Source: Acidobacteriota bacterium
Lineage (GTDB): Bacteria > Acidobacteriota > Vicinamibacteria > Vicinamibacterales > UBA2999
Direction: 5' to 3'
NCBI GenBank assembly: GCA_040754955.1
Contig: JBFMCA010000004.1
Span: 29,120 to 93,119 of the forward strand
Length of the DNA stretch: 64,000 nucleotides
A program made the position numbers and the translations under genes. Position 1 is the stretch's first letter, and each line of letters opens with the position of its first letter. The notes beneath the pieces are model-generated. The model was not told the DNA's origin. It did no database searches and saw nothing but the letters and a program-made list of their open reading frames with translations. Below, piece after piece: positions 1 through 9,600 of the stretch.

Positions 1-335
1 TGCGCCAGGACCGCCTCCATCCGCCGGAGGTCGTCGAGCTTCGCGCGCACGGCGTCCAGCTTCTGCTCGGCAAGCGTCCGCGCTTCGGCGCAGTGCCGAC
101 CGTCCTCCAGCGCCAGCAGGCCGGCGATCTCCTCGAGGCTGAACCCGAGGCGTTGGGCCGATTTGATGAACCTGACCCGCGCGACGTCCGCGGCGCCGTA
201 GCGGCGAATGGTGCCGTAGGCCCGCGCCGGCTCGGGCAGCAGGCGCTTGCGCTGGTAGAAGCGAATCGTCTCGACGTGCACGCCGGCCTCTGCGGCCAGG
301 GCGCCAATCGTCAAGCCGTGCGCGGTGGCTGTCAT
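1..335 (-). CDS. merR: MerR-family Hg(II)-responsive transcriptional regulator; the C-terminus runs off the left edge of the window
   Basis: Reverse translation from the ATG (cat at 333-335) gives [85 protein letters not shown]... This is a typical MerR HTH plus dimerisation helix. The gene is divergent from merTPFA with a MerR-type operator between them. It is absent from the ORF track because no stop codon lies in the window. Confidence 0.9.
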   Translation of the reverse strand, partial: MTATAHGLTIGALAAEAGVHVETIRFYQRKRLLPEPARAYGTIRRYGAADVARVRFIKSAQRLGFSLEEIAGLLALEDGRHCAEARTLAEQKLDAVRAKLDDLRRMEAVLA

Positions 336-341
336 CGCTGC

Positions 342-372
342 TTGACTCCGTAGTGAAGTACGGATTCAAGCT
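342..372 (+). promoter_or_regulatory. mer operator/promoter: -35 TTGACT, 19-nt spacer containing the MerR dyad, -10-like CAAGCT
   Basis: The sequence is TTGACT(342-347)-CCGTAGTGAAGTACGGATT-CAAGCT(367-372). The dyad TCCGTA(347-352)/TACGGA(359-364) matches the Tn21-type operator TCCGTAC-N4-GTACGGA. The over-long 19-nt spacer is the hallmark of MerR-activated promoters. The merT ATG (379) lies only 6 nt after the -10 element. Confidence 0.8.
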
Positions 373-378
373 TAGGCC

Positions 379-774
379 ATGGCGTTCACACACACAACCC
401 AGGCTCTTCCGCCGACATCGTCCTCCGCGCCGCCCGCCGCCGGGCGCGGGGCGTTGTTCGCGGGTGGCGTTGCGGCGATTCTGGCCTCGGCATGCTGCCT
501 CGGCCCCCTGGTGCTCCTGATGCTCGGCGTCAGCGGGGCCTGGATCGGCAATCTCACCGCGCTCGAGCCGTATCGGCCGTTCTTCATCGGCGTCGCCCTG
601 ATCGCGCTGGCCTTCGCGTATCGGCGGGTCTTCCGTCCGGCCGCCGCGTGTGCGCCGGGTGAGGTGTGCGCGGTCCCGCAGGTCCGCACCACCTACAAGC
701 TGCTCTTCGGGCTCGTCGTGGGGCTGGTGCTCATCGCCGTCAGCTACCCATACATCGCGCCCTTCTTCTACTGA
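379..774 (+). CDS. merT: Mercuric ion transporter MerT (3 TM helices, CC pair in TM1, second Cys pair in the cytoplasmic loop)
   Basis: Strong resemblance to Tn21 MerT: GRGALFAGGVAAILASACCLGPLVLLMLGVSGAWIGNLTALEPYRPFFIGVALIALAFAYRRVFRP..C.PGEVCAVPQVRTTYKLLF...PFFY. Confidence 0.93.
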   Translation: MAFTHTTQALPPTSSSAPPAAGRGALFAGGVAAILASACCLGPLVLLMLGVSGAWIGNLTALEPYRPFFIGVALIALAFAYRRVFRPAAACAPGEVCAVPQVRTTYKLLFGLVVGLVLIAVSYPYIAPFFY

Positions 775-814
775 CGACGCACTCGTGAACCCACTCACGG
801 AAAGGAACCCCCTG

Positions 815-1090
815 ATGAAGACGCTGCTCGCAACAACCTCCGCTCTCCTGCTCCTGGTCGCTCCCGTGTGGGCCGGGACGAAGACCGTCACCCTCGCCGT
901 CTCTGGCATGACCTGCGCCACCTGCCCCATCGTCGTCAAGAAGGCCCTCACCAAGGTCGAGGGGGTCACCGAGGTGCGCGTCAGCCTCGAGGAGCGCGAG
1001 GCCACGGTGACGTTCGACGATGCGAAGACGACGGTGGAGGCCCTGACCACGGCGACGACGAACGCGGGCTTCCCATCCACAGTGAAGTAG
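815..1090 (+). CDS. merP: Periplasmic mercury-binding protein MerP (HMA fold, GMTCATC)
   Basis: The internal ATG at 815 of ORF 650..1090 gives MKTLLATTSALLLLVAPVWA (signal peptide) followed by GTKTVTLAVSGMTCATCPIVVKKALTKVEGVTEVRVSLEEREATVTFDD. Confidence 0.93.
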   Translation: MKTLLATTSALLLLVAPVWAGTKTVTLAVSGMTCATCPIVVKKALTKVEGVTEVRVSLEEREATVTFDDAKTTVEALTTATTNAGFPSTVK

Positions 1091-3028
<1,938 letters not shown>

Positions 3029-3062
3029 CCCACCGACACGGCACAGGTCCGAGGAGGCGATG

Positions 3063-3461
3063 ATGAGCACCCACCACTGCTGGACGATGGCGGCCGCCGT
3101 GGCGCTGAGCGCCGCGTTGGGTGTGGCCTGTGACTCACGCGTGCCCGCCGACACGGCGGGGAGGGGTCCGGAAATCGCCACGGAGACGGTCACGCTCGCC
3201 CTGCGAGGCCTGACGTGAGGCGGATGCGCCCTGGCGGTCCGCCAGGCCCTGATGAGCGTCGACGGCGTGATCGAGGCGCGCGTGTCGTATGACGACGCGC
3301 GCGCCTTCGTCCGGTTCGACCCGGCCCGGGTCGGGCCCCGTGCCCTGGTGGAGGCGGTGACGCGCACCGGCTTCGGCGCCGAGGTCGCCGACGCCAGCAG
3401 CGGTGACTCCTCGGATGGCGGCCAGCCCGAACGGGCCCCGGCGCAGGAGAGTGGATCATGA
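3063..3461 (+). CDS. Exported MerP/HMA-like metal-binding protein with an in-frame TGA (3216-3218) at the first Cys of the CxxC loop; candidate selenoprotein (UGGC)
   Basis: The SD GGAGG (3053-3057) lies 5 nt before the ATG at 3063 (alternative ATG at 3060). One continuous frame gives MSTHHCWTMAAAVALSAALGVAC.. (signal, possibly lipoprotein) ..ETVTLALRGLT-TGA-GGCALAVRQALMSVDGVIEARVSYDDARAFVRFDPARVGPRALVEAVTRTGFGAEV.. This is a full HMA fold. The ORF track shows only the C-terminal 69 aa (3252..3461). selB lies in the same window. The alternative reading is a pseudogene. Confidence 0.6.
3230..3246 (+). promoter_or_regulatory. Candidate bacterial SECIS apical hairpin (CCUGGC-GGUCC-GCCAGG)
   Basis: The stem CCTGGC(3230-3235)/GCCAGG(3241-3246) is extendable to 7 bp, and the loop contains GGUC. 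The hairpin starts exactly 11 nt after the TGA at 3216-3218, the same spacing as the minimal fdhF SECIS of E. coli, whose loop is AGGUCU. Confidence 0.5.
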
Positions 3462-3826
3462 AAGCTGATGGCGGGCCCGGTCGAAACCGTGCCGTTCACG
3501 CGGTCGCACTGGCCAGTGCGGCGCTGGCGGCCAGCTGCTGTCTGCTGCCGCTGGTCCTGATCGCCACCGGCCTCGCAGGCGCCGGGTTGATGATGACGAT
3601 GATGCGCTGGGAGTGGGTGACGCTGCCGGCGGGCCTCGTCGGCCTCGGCGCCGCGTTCGCCCTGTACCGCTCCCATCGCCAGCGGTGTTCCACCGCGGGG
3701 TGCCGCTTTGTCGGCGAGCGCGCGGCGCAGGTCGTGCTCGGCCTCGCGGCCGCGATCGTCGTCATCGCGCTGCTGTTGCGCCTGTTTCCGTCGTCGACGG
3801 CGGCGCTGATCGAGCACGTGCACTGA
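3458..3826 (+). CDS. Second MerT-like mercury transporter (3 predicted TM helices, CC in TM1, CxxxC in the TM2-TM3 loop)
   Basis: Its ATG overlaps the stop of the upstream HMA gene (ATGA at 3458-3461). The product contains AVALASAALAASCCLLPLVLIATGLAG (the CCxxP motif seen in MerT and MerF), then ..YRSHRQRCSTAGCRF.. and a third hydrophobic helix. The architecture is MerT-like but the sequence is divergent. Confidence 0.65.
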   Translation: MKADGGPGRNRAVHAVALASAALAASCCLLPLVLIATGLAGAGLMMTMMRWEWVTLPAGLVGLGAAFALYRSHRQRCSTAGCRFVGERAAQVVLGLAAAIVVIALLLRLFPSSTAALIEHVH

Positions 3827-3929
3827 TCGGCGCGAGCGCGCGCGAGACGTGTGGCCGATCGTCGCCCAGGCGGATGCCGGCGCACGCGACACCCGTGTTG
3901 CCCGAGGTTGGGGAACGGCGTGCAGACCA

Positions 3930-3963
3930 CACGGGGCGGCGGCCCGAAGGCCGCCGCCCCGTG
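3930..3963. terminator. Perfect 15-bp GC-rich hairpin between convergent genes (bidirectional terminator candidate)
   Basis: The sequence is CACGGGGCGGCGGCC-CGAA-GGCCGCCGCCCCGTG. It lies between the end of the mer locus (3826) and the stop of the minus-strand receptor gene (3987). There is no U-tract on either side. Confidence 0.55.
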
Positions 3964-3986
3964 ACCAATCGTCGTCGAGCCGGCGC

Positions 3987-6917
3987 CTAGAAGCGGAAGC
4001 CGACCGACATGAGGAACGTGCGGGCGTAGAGCGTGTCGCCCGACGCCGTCTGCGCCGACGCCGGGAAGTGGCTGATCGCCGTGGCGGTGCCGAACGACGC
4101 ACCGCGGACGAAGTTGATGGGCAGGCCGTCGGCGTCAACCGGACCGCTGTTGTCCGCGGTGACCGCGGTGTTGAAGCGCACCAGGCTCTGATCGTTGAAC
4201 GCGTTGAACAGGTCGAGCTTGATCCAGGGCCGCAGGCTGCGGAACACAGGCACCTGATAGGTCACCGAGAAGTCGAACAGGCTCGATGACTCGTATTCGC
4301 CCTCGCCACGCCGGCCGAAGAAGAGCGTCTGCGACGTCGGCGGACGAGCGTAACCCGGGTTTCGGGCGCGCTGGATCGCCGACGTCGGCACCGTCGCCGT
4401 GAAGCTGAACGTCGCCGCCGAGTTGTAGCGCCACAGGCCCGACAGGTCCACCGAACCGAAGCGGCCCAGGTCGAGCGCGTAGGTCGTCCACGCGCGGACC
4501 TTGTGCTGCTGGTAGTCGTCGAGGCGGCCCATCGGCGCCTGACGCGCGTAGGACGGCCCGTAGATTTCCGGGTAGTCGCCGAAGACCGACGCAGCGCCGG
4601 GCGTGTTCGTGCCCTCGCCCTCGATGTTGCCGTCGTTCTCCAGCTGGATCGTCCAGTGGGCGTTGATGCCCCAGTTGCTGGTCAGCCGGTAGTTCGACTG
4701 CAGCACCACGGCCTGGTAGTTCCGCTCCAGGTCGCTCGTGTTGTCGTTCAGCGTCTTGTCGAACTGGCCGAAGTTGATGCCGTTCTGGATGACGGTGACC
4801 TTGCCATTGGCGCTCGGGTCGTTGATGAACGTCTCGATGAAGTTCGCCATCGTCCGGCGCTGGTAGGTAGCCTTCACCGCGCCACGCCTGCCGATCTGGC
4901 GGCCGTAGGATACCGTGATCTCATCGCTCGTCACCGACGAGAGATCGTCGGCCAGGAAGATGTTCTCGAGCGGGAAGCTGCCGCCGATGATCGAGTAGTT
5001 CGCCAGGTCGAAGCCCGGGGCGAAGTTGAGCCCCTGCCCGGCCGGACCGTTGTACTGGTAGAGCAGGAGGTTCGGCACGCCGACGTTGGTGTTCCGCGCA
5101 ACCTGCGTCTCGCTGTACTTGCCCGAGTAGCGCGCGTAGGTGGCCTGCACGGTCTGGCGGCCGTCGCCCATCACGTCCCACGTCGCGCCGAGACGCGGCA
5201 CGATCGTATCCGTATCAACGCCGATGATGCCGCCCGTGGCCTCGCTGCGCACGCGCTCGTAACGCGCGCCGATGTCGAGCGTCAGCCGGTTGCTCGCCAC
5301 CCAGCGATCGTGAAAGTACACCGATTGCGTCGTGATGTCGATCTGCGCTCCGCGTGTCGCGATCCAGTTCTGCAGCTGCGTCAGACCGGGCACGAAGACC
5401 GGAATCGGCTTGTTGTTGGCATCGAGCACCGGCGTGCCCCCCGACACCACGTAGTCGGTCGCGAACACGTAATCGGTGGCCGTCTGCGAGTTGCCGCCGG
5501 TGCGCGTCGTCACGAAGTTCTCGTAGCCGACCTTCATATCGTGGCTGCCGAGGCTCGACGTCGTCAGGAAGTACGAAAGCGACCCGGCAATCTGACGATT
5601 GTTCCGGTTCTCGGGGTCGGTGCTGTCGAAGTACGGCGCGTTGTAGTGCTGCGTCGCCGGCACGCCCGACGTGAAGCCACGGCTCAGGAACGGCGAGTCG
5701 GTGATCGTCCGGCTCGTGCCGCCGCTGTTGCGGAAGCCGAACGTGCGGCGCGACACCTGCGCCGTCGCGAACAGCTGATTGTTGATGACACCGCGCCACG
5801 AGCCGACCCACAGGTCGTTCGGCAGCGTGCGATTGACCACCGTGGACGGGTCGATACTGAAGCCGAAGGTCGGCTGCGTCTGCGACGTCTGGTTGCGCAG
5901 ATACGTGCCGGTGAACGTCTGGCTCTGCACCGGCGTGGCGGTGCCCTTGAACTCGAGACGGTCGTTCTTGTTCACGCGGCTGAACGCAATACCCGTCTGC
6001 GGGAACGGCGCCGGCGTCGTGCTCTCCTGCCGGCGGCCCGCGTGGAAGAACCAGATCCTGTCACGCAGGACGGGCCCGCCGAGCGTCCACTCGTAGACAT
6101 GCTGCAGGTCGCCCGTGCGCGCCTGGTTCCGTGTCTTCTCGAACGGCGTCTGCACCGTCCACGACGGCTTGTAGATGTTGTCGCGGAAGCTGCCCGAGAA
6201 CGCGTTGCCGCCGCTCTTCGTCACGGCGTTCACGACGCCGCCCGAGAACCGGCCGAACTCGGCCGAGATGCCCGAGGTGAGCACCTGGACCTCTTCGATC
6301 GCGTCCTCGATGAACAGGTTGTTGGCCGTGCCGAACAGGTTGTCGGCCACGTCCACACCATCCACGAGGAACTGGTTGTCGAACGCGAACGCGCCGCTGA
6401 TGGTCACCTGCCCGGCGTTCGGCGTGTTGTCGGTCAGGCCGGGCGCGAGGTTCGCGATGCCCTGCACGGTGCGCGCCGTCGCCAGCACGTTGATTTCCTC
6501 CGCGCGGTAGTTCGCGCCGCCCGTCGTCGTCGTCACCAGCGTCGGCAGCTCGGCGGTCACCTGCACCGTCTCCGCCAGCGTCGCGAGCTGCATCTTGGCG
6601 TCCACACGCGCCGTCAGCCCCACCGCCACCTGCTGGCTGGCTTCGACCGTCCGCATGCCGGACAGCTCGAAACGCAGCGTGTAGCTGCCCGGCGGCAGGC
6701 CGCGCAGCACGTACACGCCGTTGCCGTCCGTCACCGCGCTCCGCTCGCCCTGCAGCGCCGTGGAGGTCACTGTGACCGACACACCCGGAAGCACGAGCCC
6801 GTCGGCGTCGACCACTGTGCCGGTCAGCACGCCCGTCTGCACGCCCTGTCCGAAGGCCGAGCCCGCGCCCATCAGGACCAGAACCATCACCACGGTCCGG
6901 GTCAGCAATGCCACCAT
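3987..6917 (-). CDS. TonB-dependent outer-membrane receptor with an N-terminal carboxypeptidase-regulatory-like domain (Oar-like)
   Basis: The 976-aa product has a signal peptide, then GVLTGTVVDADGLVLPGVSVTVTS..GNGVYVLRGLPPGSYTLRF (CarboxypepD_reg) and a plug-like segment FLVDGVDV..IEEVQVLTSGISAEFGRFSGGVVNAVTKSG. It ends in ..MSVGFRF, with the terminal aromatic residue typical of OMPs. Confidence 0.85.
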   Translation of the reverse strand: MVALLTRTVVMVLVLMGAGSAFGQGVQTGVLTGTVVDADGLVLPGVSVTVTSTALQGERSAVTDGNGVYVLRGLPPGSYTLRFELSGMRTVEASQQVAVGLTARVDAKMQLATLAETVQVTAELPTLVTTTTGGANYRAEEINVLATARTVQGIANLAPGLTDNTPNAGQVTISGAFAFDNQFLVDGVDVADNLFGTANNLFIEDAIEEVQVLTSGISAEFGRFSGGVVNAVTKSGGNAFSGSFRDNIYKPSWTVQTPFEKTRNQARTGDLQHVYEWTLGGPVLRDRIWFFHAGRRQESTTPAPFPQTGIAFSRVNKNDRLEFKGTATPVQSQTFTGTYLRNQTSQTQPTFGFSIDPSTVVNRTLPNDLWVGSWRGVINNQLFATAQVSRRTFGFRNSGGTSRTITDSPFLSRGFTSGVPATQHYNAPYFDSTDPENRNNRQIAGSLSYFLTTSSLGSHDMKVGYENFVTTRTGGNSQTATDYVFATDYVVSGGTPVLDANNKPIPVFVPGLTQLQNWIATRGAQIDITTQSVYFHDRWVASNRLTLDIGARYERVRSEATGGIIGVDTDTIVPRLGATWDVMGDGRQTVQATYARYSGKYSETQVARNTNVGVPNLLLYQYNGPAGQGLNFAPGFDLANYSIIGGSFPLENIFLADDLSSVTSDEITVSYGRQIGRRGAVKATYQRRTMANFIETFINDPSANGKVTVIQNGINFGQFDKTLNDNTSDLERNYQAVVLQSNYRLTSNWGINAHWTIQLENDGNIEGEGTNTPGAASVFGDYPEIYGPSYARQAPMGRLDDYQQHKVRAWTTYALDLGRFGSVDLSGLWRYNSAATFSFTATVPTSAIQRARNPGYARPPTSQTLFFGRRGEGEYESSSLFDFSVTYQVPVFRSLRPWIKLDLFNAFNDQSLVRFNTAVTADNSGPVDADGLPINFVRGASFGTATAISHFPASAQTASGDTLYARTFLMSVGFRF

Positions 6918-7258
6918 GTCTCCTCGCTCCTTTCAGCCCGCCGTGCGGGCCTCGAAGACCCCCTGGAGAGTCCCCGACATCGACAGAAGGGTTCGCACGT
7001 CAGGTTCCAACGCTCTATCTTGGGGCCGACACCTGCGAACATCAAAACGAATACCATCGCGCGATGCCGATATCCCGTTTTCGAACAGGATAGTTTTCGC
7101 TGATTTTCGTCACATCTACGCTGTGTGTTCGCCTCCACAATCCGATTCGACGAACTTCCGGACGCCGAAACCTGAATCCGGGATTCAAACGCTTGAACGC
7201 GTGGTCAGGCGCGTCCGTTCGGGGCGGGAGATGGGCCACTGTGGTAGAAGCAGAAGCC

Positions 7259-8167
7259 ATGGCCATCATCGAGTGCATTCCCAACATCTCCGAGGGGCGC
7301 CGGCTGGACGTGGTCGGGCGCATTGCCGACGCCGTCCGGGCAGTCCCGGGCGTCACACTGCTCGACGTCCAGTCCGACGGCGCGCACAACCGATCGGTGT
7401 TGACGTTCGTCGGCGACGAAGAGCCGCTGGCCACCGCCGTGCTCGCGCTCGTCGAGCAGGCGGTGGCGGCAATCGATCTCCGGCACCACCAGGGAGAACA
7501 CCCCCGGCTCGGCGCCGTGGATGTCGTGCCCTTCGTGCCCATCGAGGGCGCGTCGATGCCGTCGTGCGTGGCGCTCGCGCGGCGCGTCGGCGAGGCGGCG
7601 GCCGGACGGTTCGGCGTCCCGGTGTATCTCTACGAGGAGGCCGCGAGCACGCCGGCCCGCCGCAACCTCGAGGACATTCGCCGCGGCGAGTTCGAGGGTC
7701 TGGCGGACAAGATGACGCGGCCGGAGTGGGCGCCCGACTTCGGGCCGGCGACGCCGCATCCGAGCGCCGGGGCAACCGTGGTCGGCGCCCGGATGCCGCT
7801 GATTGCCTACAACATCAACTTGGCGACCGACCGGCTCGATGTCGCGAAGAAGATCGCCAGCGCCGTGCGCATGAGCAGCGGCGGATTCCGCTTCGTCAAG
7901 GCCATGGGCATCGCGCTCGAGGATCGGGGCATCGTGCAGGTGTCGATGAACCTCACCAACTACGAGAAGACGCCCATCTTCCGCGTGTTCGAGACCGTGC
8001 GGCGCGAGGCGGCCCGCTACGGCGTCGCCGTGCTGGAGAGCGAGATCGTCGGCCTGGTGCCGTCGGCCGCCCTCCTGCAGACGGCCGAGTACTTCTTGCA
8101 GCTCGAGGGGTTCACACCGGCGCAGGTGCTGGAGCACCGGCTCCGCGCCCCGAGGCCCGTCGCCTGA
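7259..8167 (+). CDS. ftcD: Glutamate formimidoyltransferase (FtcD N-terminal-type)
   Basis: The ATG at 7259 gives MAIIECIPNISEGRR..SDGAHNRSVLTF..HPRLGAVDVVPFVP..RRNLEDIRRGEFEGL. This is the typical formiminotransferase N- and C-subdomain signature. Confidence 0.85.
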   Translation: MAIIECIPNISEGRRLDVVGRIADAVRAVPGVTLLDVQSDGAHNRSVLTFVGDEEPLATAVLALVEQAVAAIDLRHHQGEHPRLGAVDVVPFVPIEGASMPSCVALARRVGEAAAGRFGVPVYLYEEAASTPARRNLEDIRRGEFEGLADKMTRPEWAPDFGPATPHPSAGATVVGARMPLIAYNINLATDRLDVAKKIASAVRMSSGGFRFVKAMGIALEDRGIVQVSMNLTNYEKTPIFRVFETVRREAARYGVAVLESEIVGLVPSAALLQTAEYFLQLEGFTPAQVLEHRLRAPRPVA

Positions 8168-8181
8168 CGCCCGGCCTAAGA

Positions 8182-9552
<1,371 letters not shown>

Positions 9553-9563
9553 CCCTCAGGCTT

Positions 9564-9598
9564 CCTTTGTCATTCGCCATTCGCCATTCGTCATTCCC
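9564..9598. repeat. Heptanucleotide tandem array (CCTTTGT CATTCGC CATTCGC CATTCGT CATTCCC)
   Basis: Read directly from the sequence. The array fills the 48-nt spacer between the kinase stop (9601) and the response-regulator start (9552). On the mRNA strand the unit is GAATGRC. Confidence 0.9.
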
Positions 9599-9600
9599 TG

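Noticed and set aside
6918-7200. Looked for a riboswitch (cobalamin B12 box or TPP CUGAGA/ACCUGAUCUGG core) in the 5' region of the TonB-dependent receptor gene.
   Set aside because: An ACCTGA hexamer is present, but I found neither the CUGAGA element, nor a B12 box, nor matching P1 pairing. There is no support for a known riboswitch.
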